Made by a program: the position numbers and the translations under genes
Part shown: one piece after another, positions 24,581 through 33,378 of the stretch
Layout of the letters: each line of letters begins with the position of its first letter
Position numbering within the stretch: the first letter of the stretch is position 1
Origin: a virus
Taxonomy: Duplodnaviria > Caudoviricetes
DNA length: 33,378 bases
IMG/VR virus record: IMGVR_UViG_3300037657_000071
Coordinates: 1-33,378 of that record
Strand: one strand, 5' to 3'
The notes under the pieces: generated by a model
What the model was told of the DNA's origin: nothing
Database searches by the model: none
Seen by the model: only the letters and a program-made list of their open reading frames with translations

Positions 24581-24983
24581 TCAGCCACCCGTAGCGCGCC
24601 ACAAGGCGATCCAGCCACATGGGCGAAAGACAGACGATGCCCACACCGGTGCGCGTCGCCGAGTGAATCATCCAGCCGTCACCCAGTGCGATGGCGACAT
24701 GCTGAGGGTCATCACCGACACGAAAAACGAGAACGTCGCCGGCGTCGATCGGCAGCAACTGCTCACAGCGTTGAACGAGGCCGCTCGACTCGATGCGATC
24801 GAGCAGGGCGCGACCCTGCGCGCTGCGCGAGTAGTTCGCCGGTGTCTCGACCGTAATGCCTTGCTCAGCGAGCGCGACGATAGCCAGCCCAACGCAGTCG
24901 ATGCCGAATCGGTTCCGCCCCTGATGGTGGAAGGGCACACCTTCCCATCGGCGCAGCTCCTGTAGGAATCGCTCGATGTCCAT
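24573..24983 (-). CDS. NlpC/P60 tail-associated peptidase
   Basis: 136 aa with WEGVPFHHQGR..GIDCVGL, QHVAI and IHS. Confidence 0.92.
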   Translation of the reverse strand: MDIERFLQELRRWEGVPFHHQGRNRFGIDCVGLAIVALAEQGITVETPANYSRSAQGRALLDRIESSGLVQRCEQLLPIDAGDVLVFRVGDDPQHVAIALGDGWMIHSATRTGVGIVCLSPMWLDRLVARYGWLNG

Positions 24984-25822
24984 CAGCCGATCCCCGGCGC
25001 AAAGAGTGCATCGACACCCGGAACATCAGGTTCGCCCTGGAAGTTGATGACGTTCTCGAACACGTCGCGGCATGTCGAGCGGGTTTTGTCGCAGCCGGCC
25101 GTGACGCGCACCGTGTCGCCCACTTCGGGCACGACCGCCAGCGGTAGATAGAGCGTGAGGCCAAGGCCGCTGTGCGCCCTGATTTCCATCGACAGGCCTT
25201 CGGCCGGGCCGTCCATTACCTCGATCAACCCGTTCTTGTACGTGCCGGCCGGCAGCAGCGACGGACCGGTCAGGGTCAGCGTCCGGGCGTCGCTGACGCC
25301 AGCCAGCGTGTAGGTGTGCCGCCACGTCGACAAGCTGGCCAAGCAACGGCCGTCGCCGAACGTCGCCCGGCATGTGGGTGTGGTCACCTCGCCGATGGTG
25401 GTCTGCAGCGCATGCGTGAGGCCGTTGATCTCGGCCGTGTATGCGCCGTTGTCCATCTCGATCTCGCCGAACTTTCCCTGGGCGAGCGATATCGGCGGCA
25501 GATCAAGATTCGCGAAGGCGAGGAAGACGTCGACCTGCGCGTAGTCGTAGCGGCCGAGCTCGAGGTCGTCGTCGGTGATGAGCGCGCTGTTCAGCACGCC
25601 GCGGATATCGAGGTTGTCGGGCGAGAGGCCGTCGCTCAGCGTTACCGCCGTGCGCTCTGTGGATCCGTTGGGCGCGTATGTCTGCGCGTCGACGACGATC
25701 TCGACGTCGGCGTCGGCCATGCGCAGCACCTCACCATCGGTACGAGTGATGCGCCAGCAGGTCGCCAGCATTGTTGCCGGGCTGGATAACGCTTCGCGCT
25801 GCTCCGGGGAAAGCGAGCGCAT
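24983..25822 (-). CDS. Baseplate hub protein DUF2163 (BR0599-like)
   Basis: Start ATG 25822 (TGATG overlap). CWRITRTDG, CRATFGDGRC, GCDK...TC...NFQGEP. 279 aa. Confidence 0.9.
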   Translation of the reverse strand: MRSLSPEQREALSSPATMLATCWRITRTDGEVLRMADADVEIVVDAQTYAPNGSTERTAVTLSDGLSPDNLDIRGVLNSALITDDDLELGRYDYAQVDVFLAFANLDLPPISLAQGKFGEIEMDNGAYTAEINGLTHALQTTIGEVTTPTCRATFGDGRCLASLSTWRHTYTLAGVSDARTLTLTGPSLLPAGTYKNGLIEVMDGPAEGLSMEIRAHSGLGLTLYLPLAVVPEVGDTVRVTAGCDKTRSTCRDVFENVINFQGEPDVPGVDALFAPGIG

Positions 25823-28800
25823 CAGACACGCACCTCGACCAACGGAATCGTCCCGGGCGAAAGCAGTAGCTCGTCGCCACTGCGCGCGAGCAACTCTGTC
25901 GGCAGGCTGTCGGTGTCGAAACGCACCGGAACATCGAATTCGAAGTCGGCGCTGATCACACCGGCGGCCGGTGCCGCGGTGAAACTGACAAGCCCGGTCA
26001 GCGGGTTGATCGTCCAATCGGTGCCCGGGACGGCGACGCCATTGCGGTAGATCACCACCGTTGCGGCGACGGGCTTCGTGATCGTGCGGACCAGCTCTTC
26101 GGCGCCTACGACGTACTCCTTGCGCAGCTGGAAGTTCGTCAGAACACCGTCTGCCGTCCCGATCACCTGGCCGATGGCCTGATAGTCGGAGAAGTCCTTG
26201 TAGCGGAAAGAGCGCCAGCGCCCGCGCGCAACCATGAACAGATCCCGAACTTGCGCGAACAGCTCGCGGTCGGTCACCGCCATCGACGCGTCGTAGTCGT
26301 GCAGCGGCATGGTCCAGCGCGCGTTGCGTGCCTCGTCACCGCTCTGCACGGGAACAACCGATGTCGAGAATCGTGGCCCGCCAGATGAGCCGATGCTGAT
26401 CTTCGTCGGGAACCGCACATCCATGAAGTCCATGCCTTCAACCCTTCCAATCTGCTTGTGTGCCGGGAAGAACTCTTCGATGTCGCCATCGTCGAGCTTC
26501 CACAGGCCGATGCCGCCAAAGCTCTCCGCCGCCTCGCGCTGCGCGCGATCGACCGTGGCCGGCGTACCGAACCACACCTTGATGTTGTCGGTGCCCCAGC
26601 CGGCCTCGGTGTCGCGGACGTCGACGCGCTTGCCGTACGTCAGCGCACCGGCGATGCCTTGGTGGTACGTGATGAAATCTGCGGTTCCGGCAGCAACGTC
26701 CCACCGGTGACCGAATGAGCGGCAGCCGCAGAGCACCCGCGGCCAGTACGGCTCAGGGATGACCGCGCGCATGCGTGCATAGACCGCGTTCCAGAATGCC
26801 GTCGGCGCCGCAGGCCCTGGCGCGGTACCCGGGCCGGTCTCGGTGTAGCTCATCACCTTGATGGCGTCGCACACCTTCACGATCTCGCCGTGGTCGCACC
26901 AGCCCGTCCAGAACTCGGCGTCGTAGTCGGTTCCAGTCGCCGCGGGAACCGTGGCATGCAGGAGCTTGCCGGCCGCGTGCATGGCGCGCGCGAGCTGGCG
27001 GTAGAACGTGGTTGCTGCCGCGCGATCGGCAGCGGGCACGGCCTCGATGTTGCACGTGATGCCGTCCCAGCCGTTGTCTACCGCCGCTGCCACGATCAAC
27101 GGGACGTAGGTCGCCGGGTTGTTCACCACGTGCGATCCGATGTCGGCGTCCGGCTCACCGGTGCCAAGGTTGTTGTTGATGATCAGCAGACAGCGCACAC
27201 CGCGCGCCTGCAGCCACCCTTTGTCGTCGGCATACGGCGTGCTGCTGTAGGTGCCGCCGTCGTTGATCGGGTAGGCGACAAGGCCGCCCTCGCCGTCGAA
27301 TGCCCAGGCGTCGAAGGCCACATAGTCGAGAACGGCGGCGCGCGCGCGGGCGGTCGCGTTACCGAGTGGATCCGCTTCCATGCTGGCCTGCCACGCGACA
27401 CCGCGATGCTTCACGTCCTGGAACAGGTAGCCGCTGTATGCCTGCAGGTTGTTCAGACTCACGGCCGGCGCCTGGTCGCCGTAGATGAGCCACCGGCCCA
27501 GCGCGTACTCCGTCTGCCGCAGGTCTGGCTCTCGCACCTCACCTTCGGCGACGTTGCGTATCGCCTGAATCGTGTAGCCATGCGTCAGCCCGTTGGCGGC
27601 GAGGATCGTCTTCAGGTCGGCGTTGATGTCCTTGAATCCGGGCTGCTGCTGGATCGCGCCCGCGCCCTCCGCGTAGTAGCTGCCGAACGGATACACGAGT
27701 TGGTCGAACGCTCCGGCGTAGGCGGTGGCCGCGCGCGACCCTGCTGTAACCGTACGCATGCCCCACCGCGTGCGCTGCTCGGTGCCTACTGTCGGGCCGC
27801 CGTTGATCGGCAGCACGCGCAGGTAGCGCGTGGCGCCTGCCGTCAGCAAGAACGGCGTGACATCGATGACCTGATTGCGCGCGAGGCGCCAGATCGCGGC
27901 GTCGCCGATGTATTCCCACGGGCCAGAGGAACTGTTGCCGATGAAGAGCTGGAATGTTGCCGGGTAGCTCCGGTTCTCCGCCTCATAGATTGCGGCCCTG
28001 CCAACCGGGTTTCCATCCAGCGCCCCAGGGCCGAAGGGGTTTGCATCGCCGCCAAGGAATGACTCAGGCCGCGTCAGATCGACGCGAACCCACTCAACCG
28101 TGATCGTGGTCGGCGACGACAGTGGAACGACGCCGGCAATCTTGCTCGGTGCATTCCAGCCGATCGGCACGTAGTCGCCGAAGGTCGGCCACGCCGGATT
28201 CGGATCCTGCGCGGCGGTGAAAAACTGCTGCGTCTCCCAGTACCACCAGAGCGTGGTCGCGGTCCAGACTCGCGTTTCGGTCCACGTCGCGTTCAGGTAG
28301 TTGTCGACGGACTGCCGGGCGGCCAGGCAATCCTCTTCGACGTAGCCTTGATACTGCTCGACCGTGGCGGGCGCACCGGTGCCGAAGCCCAAGATGAGGC
28401 ACGGAACCACCGGCCAGCGGTCGTCGGCCGGGTAGTCGATGTATTGCCAGTACCGGTTCGGCTGCCCCTGTGAGCCTTCGGCAAACAGGCCCTGGCAGCT
28501 GGTCACGGCACGAAACGCGGTGTCGTTCGCAGTGGTCAGGCCGTACAGCAGCGCAACGCCGGTGCCGGCGTTCAACGTCGTGAATTCGAGCTCGACGGCA
28601 ACGCCGGCCGCCACCGCGAAACTCGTGTCCAGCGTGATTGAATAGAACTCGCGCTCGACCCACTGCGACCGCGTCTCGTAGTTCTTGGGCTCGATCGTGC
28701 CGTCCCACACCAGCAAGCCGTCAGCTCGTATCTGCACATGGGCGTCGTACCCGGCGCCGCTCGGCTTCGAGAGCGCCATCCACAGGCGTAGCAGCTCAAC

Positions 28801-29463
28801 CGTGCCGCTGGTCTTCGGCGTCACCGTAAGCGTGGTCACGACCGGCGTCGTGCCGTCATACGGGTCCGTCCCGAATAGCGGCACGCCGAGGGTGATGTAG
28901 TCGACGTGGGAGAAGTCCCAGTACCAGCGAGGGTCACCCGACGCGCGATACACGACGTCGCCATCATCGATCCAGCAGGGTGCCTCAAGCACCGGCGCGA
29001 CATCGACCGCGCCGCCCGACTCGATCAGCGTGAGGTGGTGCATGTTGTGCGTGTGGCTCATCAACTCGACCAACCCGGTCGCGATCCAGTCCCGCACCCA
29101 TTCCCAACGCGCGAAGCCGTCCTCGGAGTCGTACTTCCCGAGCCGCCGCGTGATGACGGCCAGCCCGCATGCAATTCCCTGCTCGATCAGCCATGGCACG
29201 ATCAGGTTGATCGAGCCCAGGCAGTCGTCGAAGTGCAGGCAGGTCACCGGACGGTCGTAGGTGGCCAGTCCCTGCTGCCACGCCTTGTACTGGCTCGGCA
29301 GCAGAAACAGGTAGCCGGCCGCCTGCAGGCTGCGGACATGCGACTGGATGTCAGCGACGTGCTCACGGAACGTCAGCACGGCCGCGCGGTGGCTGACACA
29401 GCCGTGGTAGCAGCAGACCGTCGGGTACAGGCGCCGCTTCTGCCGGTAGGTCAGGCCGCTCAT
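25822..29463 (-). CDS. Multidomain distal tail protein: CE4 polysaccharide deacetylase + inserted beta domains + GH18-like barrel + DUF2460
   Basis: 1213 aa. HFDD (77-80), SHTHNMH (136-142), YPFG (591-594); DGITCNIE (800-807), VMSY, GIGLW; from aa ~1011 RFP...GGPRFST...RNARW...FEFDVPVRFDTD. Confidence 0.85.
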   Translation of the reverse strand: MSGLTYRQKRRLYPTVCCYHGCVSHRAAVLTFREHVADIQSHVRSLQAAGYLFLLPSQYKAWQQGLATYDRPVTCLHFDDCLGSINLIVPWLIEQGIACGLAVITRRLGKYDSEDGFARWEWVRDWIATGLVELMSHTHNMHHLTLIESGGAVDVAPVLEAPCWIDDGDVVYRASGDPRWYWDFSHVDYITLGVPLFGTDPYDGTTPVVTTLTVTPKTSGTVELLRLWMALSKPSGAGYDAHVQIRADGLLVWDGTIEPKNYETRSQWVEREFYSITLDTSFAVAAGVAVELEFTTLNAGTGVALLYGLTTANDTAFRAVTSCQGLFAEGSQGQPNRYWQYIDYPADDRWPVVPCLILGFGTGAPATVEQYQGYVEEDCLAARQSVDNYLNATWTETRVWTATTLWWYWETQQFFTAAQDPNPAWPTFGDYVPIGWNAPSKIAGVVPLSSPTTITVEWVRVDLTRPESFLGGDANPFGPGALDGNPVGRAAIYEAENRSYPATFQLFIGNSSSGPWEYIGDAAIWRLARNQVIDVTPFLLTAGATRYLRVLPINGGPTVGTEQRTRWGMRTVTAGSRAATAYAGAFDQLVYPFGSYYAEGAGAIQQQPGFKDINADLKTILAANGLTHGYTIQAIRNVAEGEVREPDLRQTEYALGRWLIYGDQAPAVSLNNLQAYSGYLFQDVKHRGVAWQASMEADPLGNATARARAAVLDYVAFDAWAFDGEGGLVAYPINDGGTYSSTPYADDKGWLQARGVRCLLIINNNLGTGEPDADIGSHVVNNPATYVPLIVAAAVDNGWDGITCNIEAVPAADRAAATTFYRQLARAMHAAGKLLHATVPAATGTDYDAEFWTGWCDHGEIVKVCDAIKVMSYTETGPGTAPGPAAPTAFWNAVYARMRAVIPEPYWPRVLCGCRSFGHRWDVAAGTADFITYHQGIAGALTYGKRVDVRDTEAGWGTDNIKVWFGTPATVDRAQREAAESFGGIGLWKLDDGDIEEFFPAHKQIGRVEGMDFMDVRFPTKISIGSSGGPRFSTSVVPVQSGDEARNARWTMPLHDYDASMAVTDRELFAQVRDLFMVARGRWRSFRYKDFSDYQAIGQVIGTADGVLTNFQLRKEYVVGAEELVRTITKPVAATVVIYRNGVAVPGTDWTINPLTGLVSFTAAPAAGVISADFEFDVPVRFDTDSLPTELLARSGDELLLSPGTIPLVEVRV

Positions 29464-29732
29464 GCGTTGGCGATCCAGACGCCGGCGCGCAGGCCGACCA
29501 GCTCAGCCGGGAAGGTGAGTACGACATGCGTATGCACTTCGCCAAGACCGCCCACTTCCTCGGCCGGTGACGTCCACGTGACTTCGGTCGGTCCGCCGCT
29601 GACCGCGACCAGCACGACAGGCTCCTCCACGGTGTAACGGCCGGCCGGGAAGTCCAGCCGGATTTCCTCGGCCGAGATCGCAATGTTGGTGGCCAGCGGC
29701 CGAACGAACGGCGCCCAATCCGTGAAGCTCAA
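29460..29732 (-). CDS. Hypothetical beta-rich tail protein
   Basis: 90 aa. TTG start overlaps the TMP stop, and its stop overlaps the next ATG. Confidence 0.6.
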   Translation of the reverse strand: MSFTDWAPFVRPLATNIAISAEEIRLDFPAGRYTVEEPVVLVAVSGGPTEVTWTSPAEEVGGLGEVHTHVVLTFPAELVGLRAGVWIANA

Positions 29733-31846
29733 GCGGCGGCCCTCCGGACTGTGCGCGCGAGGTCAGATTCGATCTGCCGCTTCGAGCGACGGAAGTCGTC
29801 GATCGACGTGCCCGGCGACAGGTAGAAATTGGCCTGCACGGTCTGTGTGGCTCCGGGTTGGACCGCTGCGCCGGCGCCTGCGCCGGTGACCAGACCGCCA
29901 GCCGCGAATCGACGAGGCACGTAACCGCTGTCGTTGATGGCATTCAGCGTCGAGACGCCGACCTTGCGGACTGAGTCGGCGCGGACGACGAACTCGCCAT
30001 TGCTCAGGCGCGCCGGGATGCTGTCACTGGTCGCGGTGCCGGCGCCGCTGACATAGCCGCCGCCGGCGAACTTGAACAGCCCGGAGAAGAAGCTGCCGAT
30101 TGAGCTACCGATTCCGGAATCCTTGAAGGACTTCGCGAGCGGCGCAGTGATGCTCTCCCGCACGAACATGCGGGCGATGTCCTGCAGAACGCCCCGGGCC
30201 ACATCGCCCAGACTCTTGAAATTGACGATCGCATCTTCGAGCGCGCTGGTGAAGGTGAGGCCCAGTTGCTCGACAACGGACTTCTGGTCCTTGAGCTGCT
30301 TCGTCGTGCGCTCGAGCGCGGACTCCTCCTGCTCGACGAGCCGCAGTCGGGCGTTGAACGCTTCCTCCGCGGTGAGTCGGCCCTGCGCCTCGAGCGCGGT
30401 GACCAACTGGATCTCTTGGCGGTACTGACGAGTAGGGTCGGCGAGATCGCGGTAGCGCTCGGCAAGCGAGCCGACGGCTTCTTCCTGAGCATTGGCCTGA
30501 CGGATCGCCTCGTCGTTCGCGGCCTTTCGCGTCCGATCGAAGTCGGCGTATGCCCGCTCAACGTCTGCGTTGAACCTGAGCTGTGCGTCGTCGATCCCGA
30601 GGACCTGCTCGGCGGCGAGAAGTCGCAGCTCGTTCTCGCGCTGGGCTTCGCGGCGTGCATCTGCGGCGGCGGACTTTGATTGCTTGCCGCCACCAGTCCG
30701 CGTGCCTGTTCTTGGTGCTGCATTGGCGGTGAATTCGTCGATCGAGCCGCCGAAAAGGCTCTCGCCGAACTTCTTGTTCTCGGCGTCCTGGGAGGCGCGC
30801 GCCCGCGCCGTCAGGATCGATGTGGAGAGCTTGTCGACCTCAGCTCGCGCGGCCTCCGCATCCTCCTTCATCGCCGCGCCGATGGAGTTGAAGCCGCGGA
30901 AGTCCAGCCTGGCCAGAGCCACCGCCTGCGCCGCAAGCCCGCCGAGCTCGCGGCCGGTCGCCTTGAAAACGTAGGCGACGTTCGCACCAACTACCGCTAC
31001 CGTCTCGAACACGGCGGCCACGCCTTCCTGGATGGCCTTCATCGCACCGGTCTGGCGCGAGTTCTCGGCGGTGGCGTCGTTCATGGCATTCAGGATCGTG
31101 ATCGCGTCCTGAATGGCGCTGGTGGCCAGCTTGACGCTGTCGAAGATCACGCTGCCCGTGGCGTTCTGATTGACGGTGCGGAACAGCTCATCCCATGTGT
31201 CGCCAAGGTTCGAGAGTGCGCCATCCAGCGACTCGGCACGGCGCTGCATGGCTCCGGCGAACTGGTTGTTCCCGATCTCGTCCAGATAGCGCGTGATCTC
31301 GGCGGCGTTGTTGCCGATGGTCTTCGTGATGCCTTGGAACGTCAGGGAGACCGTCTCGCCGTCCTGTCGCGCCTTGATGCCGAATTCCTTGAGGCGTTCG
31401 AACTCGCCGGTGGATGCGTCGGCGACGGCTTCGATGAACTGCTCGAGCGACTTGCCGAAGGCGCTGGCGGTGTTTCCGTAGCTGGTCAGCGTCTCGCGCG
31501 TGGCATCGAGGCCGAGTGCCTTGAGCTTCACGAAGGCCGTCGTCACCTCGTTCAGGGCGAACGGCGTTGTTGCCGCAAAGTCCTTGATCCAGGCGAACTC
31601 GCGTTCCGCCGCCTTGCTGCTTCCCGTCACGGTTACGAGGGAGGCGTTCAGGACGTCGAACTGCCGCTGCGTCGACACGAGCTTGCCGACGACTGCGCCG
31701 ACGGTCAGCCCTTGAAAGGCTCGTTTGAGCAGGTTGATGCCAGCCTCGGCGCCCGACGCCTGTTGTCGGAGCCGCGAAAGCGCGCTGCCGGCGCCGTCAG
31801 CTGACGACGCATCGACGCGAATGCCAAGGGCAGCAACATCGACCAT
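29729..31846 (-). CDS. Tail tape measure protein
   Basis: 705 aa, Ala-rich and helical. FAATTPFALNEVTTAFVKL and C-terminal FAGGGYVSG...SDSIPARLSNGEFV. Confidence 0.92.
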   Translation of the reverse strand: MVDVAALGIRVDASSADGAGSALSRLRQQASGAEAGINLLKRAFQGLTVGAVVGKLVSTQRQFDVLNASLVTVTGSSKAAEREFAWIKDFAATTPFALNEVTTAFVKLKALGLDATRETLTSYGNTASAFGKSLEQFIEAVADASTGEFERLKEFGIKARQDGETVSLTFQGITKTIGNNAAEITRYLDEIGNNQFAGAMQRRAESLDGALSNLGDTWDELFRTVNQNATGSVIFDSVKLATSAIQDAITILNAMNDATAENSRQTGAMKAIQEGVAAVFETVAVVGANVAYVFKATGRELGGLAAQAVALARLDFRGFNSIGAAMKEDAEAARAEVDKLSTSILTARARASQDAENKKFGESLFGGSIDEFTANAAPRTGTRTGGGKQSKSAAADARREAQRENELRLLAAEQVLGIDDAQLRFNADVERAYADFDRTRKAANDEAIRQANAQEEAVGSLAERYRDLADPTRQYRQEIQLVTALEAQGRLTAEEAFNARLRLVEQEESALERTTKQLKDQKSVVEQLGLTFTSALEDAIVNFKSLGDVARGVLQDIARMFVRESITAPLAKSFKDSGIGSSIGSFFSGLFKFAGGGYVSGAGTATSDSIPARLSNGEFVVRADSVRKVGVSTLNAINDSGYVPRRFAAGGLVTGAGAGAAVQPGATQTVQANFYLSPGTSIDDFRRSKRQIESDLARTVRRAAA

Positions 31847-31857
31847 CGGTCACCTCA

Positions 31858-31887
31858 GAAATGGAAACGCCGGCAGGTGGCCGGCGT
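31858..31887 (-). terminator. Possible terminator/hairpin before the tape measure gene
   Basis: ACGCCGGC-N5-GCCGGCGT followed on the minus strand by TTCCATTTC (imperfect U tract). Confidence 0.45.
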
Positions 31888-32186
31888 CATGTTGATGGGG
31901 GTTTTCGGAGTTCGTCGAGTGCGGCGTCCTCCATGACTTGCAGGTCGCTGAACACGCGATCGCGGTCCGCCTGGCGGACCTTGCAGCGCCGCCAGATTTC
32001 TGGAAGTACGTTGTAATCGAGGCCGATCAAGCCGGCAGGGCCGACACGCCACTGCGTCTGCATTGCGGACAGGACCTGGAGCGGCAGCCAGTTCTCCCGC
32101 CAGACTTCGAACACGTCGTTCGCAAAGTCCTCAGCCGTCAGCCCCAGTTCCGCCATGGCTGCAGCCGACGGCGCCGGGCTGAACAA
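31887..32186 (-). CDS. Tail assembly chaperone, T-like part (DUF1799); probably made by -1 frameshift
   Basis: VWRENW...TQWRVG..GLIGLDY...LQVMEDAAL. Lies in the -1 frame relative to the upstream chaperone. Confidence 0.85.
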   Translation of the reverse strand: MFSPAPSAAAMAELGLTAEDFANDVFEVWRENWLPLQVLSAMQTQWRVGPAGLIGLDYNVLPEIWRRCKVRQADRDRVFSDLQVMEDAALDELRKPPST

Positions 32187-32203
32187 CTCCCGTGCCGCCG
32201 CCC

Positions 32204-32521
32204 TCAGTTTCCCAGCCGTGCGCCTTTCAGTTCGGCAACGAACGTCTGGATGATGGCCGTCGGCGCGTTCAGGTAGTTCTCGAACAAGTCGGCCAGCGAT
32301 TCGCGGGTGAAAGGCGCATCCGCGATATCCCAGTTGCTGGCGATCTCCATCACCAAGTCCTCGTCGGCCATGTCCTTGTTCTTGTCGCTGAACAGCGCTT
32401 CGAATTCCGACTTCGTCTTGTGCTTGAATACGAACTTGATGAGGCCGGGCTTTTCCTGCCCCGGCACGGCGATCTTGACCTTCGCCTCGAAGGTTGGGGC
32501 GGCTACGATCTTGAATGACAT
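32204..32521 (-). CDS. Tail assembly chaperone (G-like)
   Basis: 105 aa, FKIVAAPTFEAKVKI...FKHK...ARLGN. Confidence 0.88.
   Translation of the reverse strand: MSFKIVAAPTFEAKVKIAVPGQEKPGLIKFVFKHKTKSEFEALFSDKNKDMADEDLVMEIASNWDIADAPFTRESLADLFENYLNAPTAIIQTFVAELKGARLGN
32207..32213 (-). promoter_or_regulatory. Programmed -1 ribosomal frameshift site GGGAAAC
   Basis: G-GGA-AAC precedes TGA. The -1 frame runs without a stop into TTG 32186. Confidence 0.8.
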
Positions 32522-32532
32522 GTGGCCCCCGA

Positions 32533-33285
32533 TTACGACGCGTAGCGCGTGCTGCGCGGGTTCGCGTAGGAGAAGGTCGCGACGACCTGCTGATTCTGAT
32601 TCGCGGTGAACGTCGGCTCGCCGTCGAAGGACACGTACATGTTGTAGTAGATCTTCGAGCTGTTCGGCAGCGTTGCCAGCAGGACGTGGGGCGTGTTCAG
32701 CAGGTCCGCATTCACCAGCGTGTCATGCCATGCCAGGGCGGGGTCGTAGTCGAGCGTCAGCTGCAGCGACCGGGCGTTCTTGAAGGTCGGACGCTGGCGC
32801 TGCTGGCCGTCTTCCAGATACACCCACTGCGCGAACTGCTGCTCGCCGCCGGAGGAGGCGGAGTCGGTGACCTGCGAGAACGGCACGAAGTCGGTGACCT
32901 TCACCGCACGGCCCGCGCCGGCGCCTGCCGGGTAGAGAATCGCGCTGGTGGTGTCGATGCCTTCGAGATCGAACGCATCCGTGACGGAGTCGTCGACTCT
33001 CGCGACGCGCCCTTCCATCCGTGGCCAGCCGGAGGAAATCACGAGGATGTCGCCATCGGTGTAACCGTGCGTGGTCGACGATGCGACGCCTGGATTCGCG
33101 TTTGAGATACCGGAAATGATCTTCGCTGCCGCGTATGTCGTGCCCAGCGAGAAGATGGTGCCGTTCGGAAAGGACGATGCGCCGAGGATCAGACCCTGAC
33201 GGTGCATCCAGTTGCTCAGCGCGACGAACGCGGGTTCGAAAAAGGCGAGCAGCAGCGCGCCGACGAAGGACATCAGCTTCTTCAT
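32533..33285 (-). CDS. Major tail (tube) protein with ~35-aa N-terminal extension
   Basis: FPNGT...ISNANPGVA...GDIL..SSGW...LEGIDT...SGGEQQF. RBS GGAGA before ATG 33285. Confidence 0.88.
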   Translation of the reverse strand: MKKLMSFVGALLLAFFEPAFVALSNWMHRQGLILGASSFPNGTIFSLGTTYAAAKIISGISNANPGVASSTTHGYTDGDILVISSGWPRMEGRVARVDDSVTDAFDLEGIDTTSAILYPAGAGAGRAVKVTDFVPFSQVTDSASSGGEQQFAQWVYLEDGQQRQRPTFKNARSLQLTLDYDPALAWHDTLVNADLLNTPHVLLATLPNSSKIYYNMYVSFDGEPTFTANQNQQVVATFSYANPRSTRYAS

Positions 33286-33305
33286 GGTAGTGGTCTCCAG
33301 AAATG

Positions 33306-33328
33306 AAAAAGCCCGCTCAAGGCGGGCT
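33306..33328 (-). terminator. Terminator-like hairpin upstream of the major tail gene
   Basis: Minus strand AGCCCGC-CTTGA-GCGGGCT-TTTT. Confidence 0.65.
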
Positions 33329-33358
33329 ACGGGGTGCTGCTGGTCGGCAGAACTCGGG

Positions 33359-33378
33359 TCAGGTCTGCGCGTAGTAGC
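33359..33378 (-). CDS. 3' end of an upstream gene (tail terminator position)
   Basis: Reads ...YYAQT-stop. Inferred from synteny only. Confidence 0.3.

Noticed and set aside
21956-26433. Gene transfer agent
   Set aside because: The tail genes are GTA-like, but the element has its own repressor, replication genes, integrase and attP, so it is a phage.
21956-29463. Diversity-generating retroelement or invertible tail cassette
   Set aside because: No reverse transcriptase, invertase or TR/VR-like duplicated segment was noticed by eye. A self dot-plot would be needed to exclude it fully.

Overview
Most of the genome of a GC-rich temperate lambdoid siphophage, probably of a betaproteobacterial host (inference). 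It appears in its excised/circular arrangement, because an intact attP (3' half of tRNA-Ile2 CAU, arm repeats, IHF-like site) is flanked by phage genes on both sides. Left arm, minus strand: partial portal, terL, terS, Q-like antiterminator with pR'/tR', RusA, P- and O-like (DUF1376) replication genes with a palindromic origin, an MmcB-like nuclease, an adenine methylase, a YdaT/CII-like gene and cro. Plus strand: cI, an AT3-SGNH O-acyltransferase plus AlpA in the rex position, OL/PL, small early genes, a Cas4-like exonuclease with RecT, a structured intergenic RNA, a chimeric truncated C5-methylase, DUF5131, HNH, AlpA, excisionase and integrase. Right arm, minus strand: lysis cassette and a GTA-like tail module. 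The most striking element is a 1213-aa distal tail protein (DUF2460) fused to an IcaB/PgaB-like CE4 deacetylase and a GH18-like barrel, in a phage that also carries a surface-glycan acyltransferase. This is a candidate 'erase/write' receptor-acetylation system. All family assignments come from motif recognition by eye; no searches were run.
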